Shown: positions 48,568 through 58,714, counted from the first letter of the stretch. The stretch: 64,000 bases of DNA from an uncultured Methylomirabilota bacterium (GCA_963845565.1 CAWJSJ010000005.1:288001-352000), one strand, 5' to 3'. Made by a program: numbers and translations. The notes: a model not told the origin generated them from the letters alone.

Positions 48568-49023
48568 ATGGGCTCAGCGGGGGAGACGTGGAACTGTCCG
48601 CACTGCGGGGAGCGGATCCTCCGGAGCGCAGGGAGTTGTCCGTCCTGTCAGCGTCGGCTGCGTTTCGATGCCGCTTCGGCGAGTCGCTCGGCGACGGCCA
48701 CGTCGTGTCCTCTCAGCGTCGAGGGCACGATCCGTCATCCGAGCGCCGAGGCCCCCTGGGAATTCTCGGTGGTCGTGCAGGTCCGCGATTCGCAGGGAGA
48801 GGTCCTCGTCAGGCGCGTCGTCGGGGTGGGCGCGATTCGGCCCGGCGACACGCGAACGTTCAGCCTGCAGGTAGAGATGCGTGCGCCGGAGCAGATATCC
48901 CCCGCCGTGGAATCCGCGCGGCCTCCGTCGGTTGAGCCAGGCTCGCTTGTGTCTCCGACGCCGCCGGGAGGCGCCAAAGCCGAAACGATCGTTCCTGGGA
49001 AACCCGCCGGTCGGCCGGACTAA
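48568..49023 (+). CDS. Hypothetical protein with double CxxC zinc ribbon and Ig-like domain
   Basis: CPHC, CPSC; IRPGDTRTFSLQV; follows bactofilin by 6 bp. Confidence 0.7.
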   Translation: MGSAGETWNCPHCGERILRSAGSCPSCQRRLRFDAASASRSATATSCPLSVEGTIRHPSAEAPWEFSVVVQVRDSQGEVLVRRVVGVGAIRPGDTRTFSLQVEMRAPEQISPAVESARPPSVEPGSLVSPTPPGGAKAETIVPGKPAGRPD

Positions 49024-49125
49024 GCCGTTGTCAAAGAATAACGTGACCGGAAAATTCCGGTAACGGCATAAGGAGCCGTAACGAAATTAAAAGAAATGGA
49101 CAAGTTATTTCGTAACGGCTCCTAA
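49021..49125. mobile_element. MITE-like element family B, copy 2 (inverted relative to copy 1)
   Basis: taagccgttgtcaaagaa...tttcgtaacggctcctaa is the reverse complement of 46381..46486 with scattered mismatches. Confidence 0.7.
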
Positions 49126-49290
49126 CCGCTGCCCATCCGTGTGCCCCGCCCCTTCGTTGAGCGGCTGAATCCTGCGCGTGACGCCGCGTCCTGTTTGCGC
49201 TTTCCATCCTTCGCCTTTTTGGGCTATACTCCCGCCCGACACCTGAATCTGCCGCCGGTCGCTCGCACGCCCGCTCCCGAGGAGCCTGTC

Positions 49291-50313
49291 ATGGCAAAGC
49301 GTTCCACCAAGACCTCTGCAGAGGCGGCCCCCGAGGCCGCGAGGACACCGTCCATGGACAAGAAGGTCGTGATGGATCTTCTCTACCACATGCTCCTGGT
49401 CCGTCGGTTCGAGGAGAAGGCAGCCGAGATGTACTCCCAGGGGAAGATCGGAGGCTTCCTGCATCTCGCCGTCGGCATGGAGGCCTCTTGCGTGGGCGCG
49501 ATCTCCACGCTGCGGGCGGACGATTATGTCATCGGCGGATACCGCGAGCACGGCCATTATCTGGCAAAAGGCGGCGATCCGAACCGGGCCATGGCCGAAC
49601 TGTTCGGCCGCATCGACGGGATGTCCAAGGGTAAGGGCGGATCGATGCACTTCTTCGACAAGGCCCGCAACTTCTTGGGGGGCACCGGGATCGTGGGCGG
49701 CCAGATCCCCATCGGGACGGGCGCCGGGCTGGCCATCAACTACAACGGAGGCGATCAGGTCTGCCTGGTGTTCTTCGGGGACGGGTCGGTCGCCCAGGGG
49801 GTCTTCCACGAATCGCTGAACCTCGCGTCCCTGTGGCGACTGCCGGTCATTTATGTCTGCGAGAACAATCTGTACGCCATGGGGACGGCGCTGAACCGGA
49901 CCCAGGCGGTCACCGACCTGTACAAGAAGGCCGAAGGGTACGGTATGGTCGGCGAGCAGGTGGACGGCATGGATGTCCTGGCGGTGCGCGAGACCGTGGG
50001 GCGGGCGGTGGACCGTGCACGGCGCGACAAGACGCCGACCCTGATCGAGTCCCGCACCTACCGGTTCCGGGGCCACTCCATGCGGGACCCTGCCGCGGCG
50101 GTGTACCGGACCCGCGAAGAAGTGGAAGAGTGGAAGAAATCGGATCCGATCGTCCTCTTGTGGGACCGGATGAGCCGCGAGGGGATCATCAGCGACGCCG
50201 AGTACAAGGACATGGACAAGGAGATCACCCAGGTGGCGGAAGAGGCGGTGCGGTTTTCCGACGCGTCGCCGGAGCCGCCGCTGGAGGAATTGCTAACCGA
50301 CGTGTACGTTTGA
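49291..50313 (+). CDS. pdhA: Pyruvate dehydrogenase E1 alpha
   Basis: GKIGGFLH, YREH, GGSMH, GDG...ENN TPP motif, YRFRGHSMRDP. Confidence 0.95.
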   Translation: MAKRSTKTSAEAAPEAARTPSMDKKVVMDLLYHMLLVRRFEEKAAEMYSQGKIGGFLHLAVGMEASCVGAISTLRADDYVIGGYREHGHYLAKGGDPNRAMAELFGRIDGMSKGKGGSMHFFDKARNFLGGTGIVGGQIPIGTGAGLAINYNGGDQVCLVFFGDGSVAQGVFHESLNLASLWRLPVIYVCENNLYAMGTALNRTQAVTDLYKKAEGYGMVGEQVDGMDVLAVRETVGRAVDRARRDKTPTLIESRTYRFRGHSMRDPAAAVYRTREEVEEWKKSDPIVLLWDRMSREGIISDAEYKDMDKEITQVAEEAVRFSDASPEPPLEELLTDVYV

Positions 50314-50316
50314 GAA

Positions 50317-50383
50317 ACCGACAGGGACAGCGATAGCGACAGGGCAGAGCGGTTCGGAGTTCGCTGTCGGCAGTCGCTGTCGG
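50317..50383. repeat. Intergenic inverted repeat built from (G/C)CGACA hexamers
   Basis: ccgacagggacagcgatagcgaca ... tcgctgtcggcagtcgctgtcgg. Confidence 0.5.
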
Positions 50384-50395
50384 AGGTTGCCCAAC

Positions 50396-51373
50396 ATGGC
50401 CATCATCACGTATCGCGAGGCGTTGAATCAGGCTTTGCGGGAAGAGATGCGACGGGACCCCCGGGTCTTTCTGATGGGGGAAGAGATCGGGGTGTACCAG
50501 GGGGCCTACAAGGTGACGCAGGGCCTCCTGGACGAATTCGGGCCGCGGCGCGTCATCGACACGCCGATCAGTGAGGCCGGCTTCGTGGGCGCGGGCGTCG
50601 GGGCAGCCATGGCCGGGCTTCGCCCCGTCGTGGAGATGATGACGTTCAACTTCGCCCTGGTGGCCATCGACCAGATTGTCAACCACGCCGCCAAGATTCT
50701 GTACATGTCGGGCGGCCAGTACCGGGTTCCCATGGTGATTCGCGGTCCCGGGGGTTTCTCCGTCCAGGTGGCGGCGCAGCATTCGCAGAGCATGGAATCG
50801 TATTTTTATCATGTGCCCGGCCTGGTGGTGGTGCGCCCGTCGACGCCGAAGGATGCGAAGGGCCTGCTGAAGAGCGCCATCCGCGACGACAACCCTGTCA
50901 TCTTCATCGAATCCGAGACCATCTACGGGATGAAGGGCGAGGTTCCCGAAGAGGAGTACCTGATTCCGCTGGGTGTCGCCGAGGTGAAGCGCGAGGGGAC
51001 CGACGTGACGGTCGTGGCCTGGATGGGGATGCTCCACCGAAGCCTGGAAGCGGCGGAGGAGCTGGAGAAGGAGGGGATCTCGGTCGAGGTGGTGGACCCC
51101 CGGACCCTGCGCCCCATGGACAAGGGCACGATTCTGGCGTCCGTCCGGAAGACGCACCGCGCCGTCGTGGTGGAGGCGGGCGCGGGATTCGCGGGCCTCG
51201 GTGCGGAGATCGGCACCATCGTCACGGAGGAAGCGTTCGACTACCTGGATTCCCAGGTCGTGCGAGTGACCGGGGCCAACGCCCCCATGCCGTACGCCAA
51301 GAATCTGGAACTGGCCAAGACCCCGACCAAGGCTGCCATCATCGCGGGGATCAAAAAGGCCCTGGCCATCTAG
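50396..51373 (+). CDS. pdhB: Pyruvate dehydrogenase E1 beta
   Basis: DTPISE, EMMTFNF, AQHSQ, DPRTLRP, PMPYA. Confidence 0.95.
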   Translation: MAIITYREALNQALREEMRRDPRVFLMGEEIGVYQGAYKVTQGLLDEFGPRRVIDTPISEAGFVGAGVGAAMAGLRPVVEMMTFNFALVAIDQIVNHAAKILYMSGGQYRVPMVIRGPGGFSVQVAAQHSQSMESYFYHVPGLVVVRPSTPKDAKGLLKSAIRDDNPVIFIESETIYGMKGEVPEEEYLIPLGVAEVKREGTDVTVVAWMGMLHRSLEAAEELEKEGISVEVVDPRTLRPMDKGTILASVRKTHRAVVVEAGAGFAGLGAEIGTIVTEEAFDYLDSQVVRVTGANAPMPYAKNLELAKTPTKAAIIAGIKKALAI

Positions 51374-51400
51374 CCTCTGAAGAGGCAATGGCAAATTCGA

Positions 51401-51450
51401 AACCGACAACCGACAACCGACAACTGAGAACCGACCACCGGCAACTAAGG
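51401..51450 (+). repeat. Heptamer tandem repeat (AACCGAC) x~7
   Basis: aaccgac aaccgac aaccgac aactgag aaccgac caccggc aactaag. Confidence 0.8.
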
Positions 51451-51520
51451 CCACCGACCCCTTTCCCTTTTTCAAATCGCGGTTGTCCGTTCAACCCTTT
51501 GCATTGCAGCGGAGCTGACC

Positions 51521-52795
51521 ATGCCATCTCAAGTGATCATGCCCAAGCTCTCCGACGCCATGACCGAGGGACGCCTTCTTCAATGGCTCAAGAAGGAGGG
51601 GGATCGCGTCCAGGGCGGTGACGTCTTGGCGTCTATCGAGACCGACAAGGCGGAGATCGAACTGGAATCCTTCGGCGCCGGCGTTCTGCGGAAGGTCCTG
51701 GTGGCCGAGGGGGACATGGTGCCCGTGGGCAAGCTGATTGCCATCGTGGCCGAGCCGGACGAGGATATCTCGTCGCTCCTCGCCGGAGCCACCCAGGCGG
51801 CCGCGCCGCAGACCGAGGCCAAGGCGCCGGCGGGGGCAGCCCCGGCGCCGTCGACGCCCACCGCGCCTCCGAAGGTCGGGACGAAAGGGTCTCCAGCGCC
51901 GCCCGCACCCCCCTCGCCGCCACCCGCGGCGGGATCGGGTTGGATTCCTGCCTCGCCCATTGCCCGCCGTATGGCACGCGACGCGGGGGTGGATCTTGCC
52001 AAGATCGCCGGCAGCGGACCGGGGGGACGGATCCTGGAACGCGACGTGGAGGCCCACGTGGCCACCCAGGCGCAACGCATGGGGGGCGCGGATGTGCCGG
52101 CGGGTGCCCGCGAGTTCGAGGACAAGGAGCTCAGCGTCATCCGCAAGACCATCGCGGGTCGGATGCTGCAGAGCAAGGCCCCCATCCCGCACTTCACGGT
52201 CACCGTCGAGGCGGACATGGGCGCCGCACAGGAACTGCGGACCTCGCTCAACGCCGTTGACCCCGAGGCCGAGAAGCTCAGCGTCAATCACATTCTGATC
52301 AAGGCGGTGGCGCTCGCCCTGAAACGGCATCCGGCCATCAATGCCGCCTATCAGGATGGTAAGATCCGGCTGTTCAGCCGGGCCCATATCGGCGTGGCGG
52401 TGGCTCTGGAGGACGGGCTGATCGTGCCGGTAATCCGCGAGTGCGACCGGAAGAGCCTGGGCGAAATCGCCCGGGAGGCGAAGGGGTTGATCGAGCGGGC
52501 GCGCGGCAAGAAGCTCCGTCCCGAGGAATATTCCGGTGGGACGTTCGCCATCTCCAACCTCGGAATGTATGAGGTGGTGGAGTTCACTGCGGTGATCGAT
52601 CCCGCCCACGGGGCCATCCTGGCGGTGGGCGCCATCGAGGAAAAGCCGGTGGTCCTGAACGGCCAGATCGTCGTCCGACACCGGATGCGCCTGACCGGCT
52701 CCTTCGATCATCGGATCATCGACGGCGCCATGGGTGCCAAGTTTCTGCAGGAGGTCAAGAAGATCCTGGAGAACCCGGTTCAGCTCTTGCTGTAA
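51521..52795 (+). CDS. pdhC: Dihydrolipoamide acetyltransferase E2
   Basis: Lipoyl motif ETDKA, E3-binding GSGPGGRI, catalytic DHRIIDG. Confidence 0.95.
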   Translation: MPSQVIMPKLSDAMTEGRLLQWLKKEGDRVQGGDVLASIETDKAEIELESFGAGVLRKVLVAEGDMVPVGKLIAIVAEPDEDISSLLAGATQAAAPQTEAKAPAGAAPAPSTPTAPPKVGTKGSPAPPAPPSPPPAAGSGWIPASPIARRMARDAGVDLAKIAGSGPGGRILERDVEAHVATQAQRMGGADVPAGAREFEDKELSVIRKTIAGRMLQSKAPIPHFTVTVEADMGAAQELRTSLNAVDPEAEKLSVNHILIKAVALALKRHPAINAAYQDGKIRLFSRAHIGVAVALEDGLIVPVIRECDRKSLGEIAREAKGLIERARGKKLRPEEYSGGTFAISNLGMYEVVEFTAVIDPAHGAILAVGAIEEKPVVLNGQIVVRHRMRLTGSFDHRIIDGAMGAKFLQEVKKILENPVQLLL

Positions 52796-52818
52796 CCAAC
52801 CAGTTCGGACTTCCTCAC

Positions 52819-52866
52819 AGGCCCTCTTGCCCGCCCTGGCGTGCCCGCGAGAGGGCCTTTTGTTTC
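52819..52866 (+). terminator. Intrinsic terminator after pdhC
   Basis: Stem aggccctct...agagggcct followed by tttgttt. Confidence 0.65.
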
Positions 52867-53071
52867 CCCCGGTTCTGTTTTCTCTTGACGCCCGTGGACG
52901 CCTGAGATACGTAGCACCATGTCGGCCTCTTCGCGATGGCTCCAGATCGCACCGCCGTCTATTCGGGAGCCGCCATGCGCCATCGGCCAAATCCACGAAC
53001 CGTTCGGGGCCAGTACCGCCGCGGCGCGTCGATCCGCGAACCCATCAACCCACCCGAACTGGAGGGACACC

Positions 53072-53536
53072 ATGTCGCCTCGTAAAGCGACTCCGACGAA
53101 ACGCCGGGACGCCACCATCGCTCCCGGCACCGGGGGAACGGCCAGCGTCGTGAAGGTGGGCCAGAAGCGGTGCCGCCCGTTCCTGCTCCAGGTCATGGTC
53201 TTCAGCCCGGAGGCGGGCTACAAGTTCGAAGTGGTGGTGGAGAAGGGGTGCACGCCGGAGAACGATCCGATCTGGAAACTGGTCTTCGATCTCTACAAAC
53301 AGAAGCGAGATGGCTTCGACCAGATTGTCCACGTCTCCTTCAGGGCCGGAACGGCCGCGGAGAGCGAGGGGCTCAAGCGCATGGCCCTCCAGGGCGTCTC
53401 CGAAAAGCAAGCAGACCTTCTCACGGGACCGGTGTACGATGCCGCCAAGACCCTGGAGGGCGTCTCGACTCCGACTCCGCAGCACAAAGAAAGGATCCGC
53501 ACCTCGATCGGCAAGGTTGCGACCGTCGAACTCTGA
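53072..53536 (+). CDS. Hypothetical protein
   Basis: GGAGGG RBS, GC3-biased codons, no recognised motif. Confidence 0.7.
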   Translation: MSPRKATPTKRRDATIAPGTGGTASVVKVGQKRCRPFLLQVMVFSPEAGYKFEVVVEKGCTPENDPIWKLVFDLYKQKRDGFDQIVHVSFRAGTAAESEGLKRMALQGVSEKQADLLTGPVYDAAKTLEGVSTPTPQHKERIRTSIGKVATVEL

Positions 53537-53569
53537 TCCACTACGGATGCCTACGTGACGAGCTTTCGG

Positions 53570-55363
53570 ATGAGCCGTCGCAGGTCTTTCGCCCTGGTCT
53601 TGTGCCTTGCTCTCCCGTTCGTCCGGGCGTTGCCGGCGTGGTCGCAGCCGGATCAATGTCGGGCCGACATTGCGGCGGCGGATGGCTATGCGATCCGGGC
53701 GATGCGGGTGGAAGGGCGATGGACGCCGCAGCTCTCGCTGCCCGGTGGAGACTATTCGCCGGACAAGGTCTCAGAGGCAATCGGGCTCGTTCGGGAGGCG
53801 CTCGACGCCGACCGAAACCGCGACGCGGAGTTCGAAGGGATCGGCGCCGTATCCATCCTGCATATCGACTCGTGTGTCCGAGCGGTTGACGAGACGACAT
53901 GCCGGGCGGGCGTCGGGAACCCGAAATGCGTTGAGGTTGTGATTCGGCCGCACGCGTTGCGCCTCTTCCTGGCCCGGGTCGGCTCAAACGTCTTGCCCAT
54001 TCCCCGCGCGAATCGCCCGACCTTCTTTGGCGAGGTGCCCGCGCCGCTGCTTGCGTTGAATCCTACCGTCGGGACGGCGTACGATAGTGCGTTCGGACTC
54101 TCGCTGGGTGCGGGGATTTCCGCAAATCTGCTGGATCTTCCGAAGACCCTCGGGGGCGAGCCGGTCACTCTCAGCGACACAAAGCTCCAGTTCCAGGCGA
54201 GCGGCCGAACGTCACTCACCGAGCCATTCTACAACGCGTACACAGACCTCACGTTTTCCCGGCGTCGGTTCGACGGTGCCGTTCACGACATCGCTGTGAG
54301 CGGATACTACACGGCGAATGACGTGCCCCTCGGCGAGAGCAGGTATGCGAACTCCGCCCTCGGCTTAGGCGGGAGCGTCGGGTTTCGACCGCGCCTCGAG
54401 CCCTTCACGCAGATCACCCTTGGTGCAGCCTATCGGTGGTCGCGCAACGACCTCTCCTCCGGCGCCGTGTCCCGGGTCGCCACGGAGAATGCCGGCGAGG
54501 GGCGGGTCATGGCGGACGGGTATCTGGCGGGCGGCTTCCTGCGACTTGCCTTGTGGGGTGACGTGGCGGCACCGACGGGCAACCCCGAGTCGTATCAGCG
54601 TGTTGTCGGCATGGCCGGGTATGGGAAGGAGTTCGCCATCGCCCTGAACCAGACGATCGGCGTGGAGGTGCTCGCGAGCGGCGGACACGCCTGGGGCACC
54701 CCGCCGGAGTACGCGCGCTTTTTCGGGGGCAACTCGGCCAAGAGCTTCCTGTACGATGCACGGGATTCGGCGGCGCTCACCTCGTTCCCCCGGGGCCCCC
54801 TGATCCGGAGTCTTGGCGAAGGGCAGGCCGGTGTCAGCACCGGGGCGGGAGGCATTCGAGGCGGCACGTCGTTCTGGGGTGTCAGCCTGAATGTCAGCAT
54901 CCCGATTCCCCCCTGGTCCCGCCCGCTCATTCCCAACGAGGTGGTGGACACCCTCACCGATCCGGACGGCACGCAGCAGGACGTGACCCTGAAGGAGGTC
55001 CTCAAGCAGCAGGTGGGTCAGGGGGAACGCCTCCTGAGAAGCTCTCTCGCGAGGCAAGGATTGCCCCCGGATGAGGCGACGGCCCAGGCCCGGGGCACCT
55101 GGAAGGAAATCCAGCCAGTCGCCGATTTCATCGCGGACCAGGCGAACCTCTTCTCCGTGAAGCCGCTTCTCATGTTGGACGTGGCGCAGATCCTGGCCGC
55201 CGCCGCCGGCGAGAGTCGGGTCCGGGTGGCGATCGGGGGCGGGCTTCAGCTCACCATCGTTGTCGCTCGTTTCGAGATCGGCTATCTGTACGCCGTGCAG
55301 CGCGCCCCCGGCGACGATCGCGGGAACCTGTTCGCCCGCCTGACCTTCCAGAATCTGTTTTGA
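53570..55363 (+). CDS. Hypothetical exported protein, probable outer-membrane beta-barrel
   Basis: Signal peptide, amphipathic beta-strand pattern, C-terminal ARLTFQNLF ending in Phe. Confidence 0.65.
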   Translation: MSRRRSFALVLCLALPFVRALPAWSQPDQCRADIAAADGYAIRAMRVEGRWTPQLSLPGGDYSPDKVSEAIGLVREALDADRNRDAEFEGIGAVSILHIDSCVRAVDETTCRAGVGNPKCVEVVIRPHALRLFLARVGSNVLPIPRANRPTFFGEVPAPLLALNPTVGTAYDSAFGLSLGAGISANLLDLPKTLGGEPVTLSDTKLQFQASGRTSLTEPFYNAYTDLTFSRRRFDGAVHDIAVSGYYTANDVPLGESRYANSALGLGGSVGFRPRLEPFTQITLGAAYRWSRNDLSSGAVSRVATENAGEGRVMADGYLAGGFLRLALWGDVAAPTGNPESYQRVVGMAGYGKEFAIALNQTIGVEVLASGGHAWGTPPEYARFFGGNSAKSFLYDARDSAALTSFPRGPLIRSLGEGQAGVSTGAGGIRGGTSFWGVSLNVSIPIPPWSRPLIPNEVVDTLTDPDGTQQDVTLKEVLKQQVGQGERLLRSSLARQGLPPDEATAQARGTWKEIQPVADFIADQANLFSVKPLLMLDVAQILAAAAGESRVRVAIGGGLQLTIVVARFEIGYLYAVQRAPGDDRGNLFARLTFQNLF

Positions 55364-55584
55364 GTGGCCGCGATCCCTGGGAGCCGGTGTCGATCAGCTA
55401 TCCCGCGCGATGGCTGGGGTTCTGGCGGATGCGCTGAGCAAATCGTCCCCACGTTTCCGCTTGACAGCTCGCGCTGGTCCCCCGGATACTCCCATCCGAC
55501 CTGCGGACAGCCAATCGCGTGTGCACGTCGACCGCCGTCCGCGCGAGGATTCCACACCTTGATCAACCAAAGGGGTACACACTG

Positions 55585-56577
55585 ATGCAACATATTCGCT
55601 TCGGCCCCACCGGGCTGCAGGTCTCCCGGCTCTGTCTCGGCACGATGACCTTCGGCCTGCAGTGCGACGAGACCACCTCGCACGCTATCATGGACGCGGC
55701 GACGGAAGGGGGCATCACCTTCTTCGACACCGCCGACGTGTATCCGCTCGGCGGCTCGCTGGCGACCGTGGGCCGCACCGAGGAGATTATCGGCCGGTGG
55801 CTGCGCGGGAAGCGGGACCAGGTCGTGCTGGCGACGAAATGCGGCGGCAAAGTCGGCCCCGCGCCCTGGCAGCAGGGTACGTCACGCAAGCACGTGCTCG
55901 CCGCGATCGACGCCTCGCTCAGGCGTCTCGGCACCGACTATGTGGACCTCTACCAGGTGCACCACTTCGACGCCGGCACGCCCGTGGACGAAACGGTCGA
56001 CGCCCTCCATGCGGTGGTGACCAGCGGCAAGGCGCGCTACGTGGGGGTGTCCAACTATCATGCCTACCGGGTCGCGCGGGCGCTGGGCCGAAGCGAGGCG
56101 CTGGGGATCACCCGCCTGGTGTCCGTGCAGCCGCGCTACAACCTGGTGTTCCGCCAGATCGAGCGCGAACTACTGCCGCTGTGCGCGGAAGAGGGGTTGG
56201 CGGTCATCCCGTACAACCCGCTCGCCGGCGGCTTGCTCACCGGCAAGCACACGCGCACCGCCCTGCCGTCGGAAGGCTCGCGCTTTGCGCTCGGCACCGC
56301 CGGCAAGATGTACGTCCAGCGTTATTGGCAAGAGCGCGAGTTCGCCACCGTGAGCGCGTTGGTCCAACTCGCGGCAGACAACGGGGTCGCGCCCGCCACG
56401 CTCGCCGTCGCCTGGGTGCTGGCCCATCCGGCGGTCACCGCGCCCCTCGTGGGCGCGAGCAAGCCAGAACAGTTGAAGGCAAGCATCGCCGCCGTCGACC
56501 TCACGCTCGACCCGACGCTCAAGGCGCACCTCGACGAGCTCACACATGACTACCGCATGGGCGACGCGGCGCGCTGA
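55585..56577 (+). CDS. Aldo/keto reductase
   Basis: LCLGTMTFG, FDTADVY, LATK, DLYQVH, GVSN, PYNPLAGG. Confidence 0.95.
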   Translation: MQHIRFGPTGLQVSRLCLGTMTFGLQCDETTSHAIMDAATEGGITFFDTADVYPLGGSLATVGRTEEIIGRWLRGKRDQVVLATKCGGKVGPAPWQQGTSRKHVLAAIDASLRRLGTDYVDLYQVHHFDAGTPVDETVDALHAVVTSGKARYVGVSNYHAYRVARALGRSEALGITRLVSVQPRYNLVFRQIERELLPLCAEEGLAVIPYNPLAGGLLTGKHTRTALPSEGSRFALGTAGKMYVQRYWQEREFATVSALVQLAADNGVAPATLAVAWVLAHPAVTAPLVGASKPEQLKASIAAVDLTLDPTLKAHLDELTHDYRMGDAAR

Positions 56578-56648
56578 GCGCGCGTTGATCTTACCCCTGA
56601 GTATCGGTCGAGTGGTCGAGTAACATTGGACCCCAGAGGAGGACCGCA

Positions 56649-57020
56649 ATGGAGTACGTCCGCAAGGTGGATTTCGCGGCCATCGACCGGAGCGGCGCCG
56701 ACGAGCGCCTGACCCAGGCGCTGCACGATCGGGCCTCCGGGGCGACGACCTGCACGATCAATTGCATCAAGACGCCGCCCGGCGGTGGCTCGCCGGCCGG
56801 CCGGCACGTCCACGACGTCGACCAGATCTTCTACATCCTGCGCGGAACGATGAGCGTCGAAATCGAGGGCCGGCAATCAGACTGCCCTCCCGGGTCGCTC
56901 ATCGTCTTCCCGGCCGGCGTGCCGCACCGCAACTGGAACGGCGGCAGCGAGCCCACCGTCCACCTCGCCTTCAATACGCCCTTCCCCGACCCCACGGTCC
57001 CCTTTGCGCGGTCCGTCTGA
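56649..57020 (+). CDS. Cupin-domain protein
   Basis: HVHDVDQIFYILRG, PAGVPH. Confidence 0.9.
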   Translation: MEYVRKVDFAAIDRSGADERLTQALHDRASGATTCTINCIKTPPGGGSPAGRHVHDVDQIFYILRGTMSVEIEGRQSDCPPGSLIVFPAGVPHRNWNGGSEPTVHLAFNTPFPDPTVPFARSV

Positions 57021-57211
57021 CCTCGGCTGCGAGGGCATCTGTCGCCGGGCCCAACGCCTCCTCCGTCTGCGGCTGCTGACGTAACCCACCGTCGATCTGC
57101 CGGCGTTGAGCTGCCGGGACGAACCTACACTGACACGCAGATGAAAACGGCGGACACCGCCAACGGGAACCTTCGGGGCGCGGCGATAGTTCTCAACACG
57201 ACCATCGAGAC

Positions 57212-57988
57212 TCAGCGCAGCAAGTTCTTTGCGTAAAAGATCTCGGCCATCTCCCGTTTCACGCTCTCCTTGACCTTGCGCCGCTGCCCACGGTCGAGTT
57301 CCTTGGCCGTGGTTCCGAACAGGTAGTGGTTGAGTTGGAAGTCCCGCAGGACCATCTTGGTGTGGAAGATGTTCTCCTGGGCGAGGTTGAGATCCACCCG
57401 GTGGTACCGCTTCTTGATCTTGGCGGCGATAAACTGCTGGATGGTGCGGATCTTGTGGTCGATGAACAGCTTCTTGCCCCGCACGGTCCGGGTGAAACCG
57501 CGCACCCGGTAGTCCAGTTGGACGACCTCCGACTCGAGCGACCGAATCAGGTAGTTGAGCGCCCGCAACGGGGAAATCTTCCCGCAGGTGGCGATGTCGA
57601 TGTCAACCCGGAAGGTGGAGATACCGCTGCGCTTGTCGGTCTCGGGGTAGGTGTGGGCGCACAGATGGCTCTTGTCGAGATGGGCGAGGCTGAGGGCGCG
57701 CCGCGCCTTCCGCTGCAGCGGGCCCTCGGCAATCAGAACCGTCACGCTCGCGCCCATGGGGTCGTAGTCTTGGGACGAGATGTTAAGGATGGTGGCGCCG
57801 ATGAGGGTGGCCACACCCCGGAGGATCGTCTCCAGCCGCGTGGAGTTATACGCCTCGTCGAGGTACGCCAGATACTCCTTGCGGTCCGCGCGGCTTTTCG
57901 CGTAGCAGATGTCGTAGATGTTGAAGCTCAGGCTCTTGGTCAGGTTGTTGAACCCGCGGAGCTTGAGTTTCTTCAGATGCTTCTGCAT
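57212..57988 (-). CDS. speD: S-adenosylmethionine decarboxylase proenzyme (E. coli-type)
   Basis: [48 protein letters not shown]. Confidence 0.95.
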   Translation of the reverse strand: MQKHLKKLKLRGFNNLTKSLSFNIYDICYAKSRADRKEYLAYLDEAYNSTRLETILRGVATLIGATILNISSQDYDPMGASVTVLIAEGPLQRKARRALSLAHLDKSHLCAHTYPETDKRSGISTFRVDIDIATCGKISPLRALNYLIRSLESEVVQLDYRVRGFTRTVRGKKLFIDHKIRTIQQFIAAKIKKRYHRVDLNLAQENIFHTKMVLRDFQLNHYLFGTTAKELDRGQRRKVKESVKREMAEIFYAKNLLR

Positions 57989-58341
57989 GTCGAGCCTCCT
58001 CGCCGAAGGCCACCACCGCGCCTAGTTTACCGCGGACCTTATGCACCAAAAACGGATCGGTGACAACGGAAAACTGCATGGCCACCCTTTTTGTCTGGGG
58101 ACGACGACGAGCGTGTTCTCTGCGAATTGCGGAAGGAGCATTCACTGGCGGCGGACAATGCGCGTCGGGCCGGTCGGTTGCGAATTGCGCAACCGGGCTG
58201 CTTGAGACCGCTTTCCCCTCGTCGCCGAAACCGGGGAGAGCTCGGGGACGACAGGCTTTTGGCGAGAACACGTGGGCTTGCTATACTCTCGACAATTCTG
58301 TGGGTTCTTCGAGAGTGGGGGCGTCCATGGACGATCCGGTG

Positions 58342-58595
58342 TTCATCGACTTGCGGAAGTACGTCGACGTCGCCGGTCGCGAAGGCGGGGACCATCTTTT
58401 TCTTGCCACCCAGAAAGAGACGCGGTACATCAATTGCGCCGACGCCTCTCTACCCTACTATCCAAGCCTTGTCCGCGATGTGCGTGAGCGCACAGAAACG
58501 GCGATGGCACAATCGCATTGCTTCAAGGTGATGGAACTGGCACTGACAGCGCAAGCGCAGGCCACCCGCCTGAACTGATTCGGCCGCGCCCAAGG
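58342..58595 (+). pseudogene. Near-identical duplicate of the 3' end of the Gfo/Idh/MocA gene (20846..21099)
   Basis: ~254 bp direct repeat including the stop codon and 17 bp downstream; about five substitutions. Confidence 0.9.
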
Positions 58596-58714
58596 GTGGC
58601 TCCGGACGACAAAGGGAGCACGGAGGGGACATGGTGGGGTGTCACCCTGGCTGAATGATGGGTGTTGCCCTCCTTCACCAATCTGAAAGCCTTCGGTCGA
58701 CCCGGTGGGCCTCC

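Noticed and set aside
51401..51450. Tandem repeat as possible CRISPR or coding repeat (ORF 51388..51621)
   Set aside because: 7-bp unit with no spacers; the ORF is a by-product overlapping pdhC
49291..52795. Absence of lpd from the pdh operon
   Set aside because: E3 is commonly shared and encoded elsewhere
57212..57988. speD without adjacent speE
   Set aside because: Unlinked speD is common and its motifs are canonical
58060..58578. 172-aa ORF as an intact oxidoreductase
   Set aside because: Only the last ~78 codons match the duplicated gene tail; the upstream part looks non-coding
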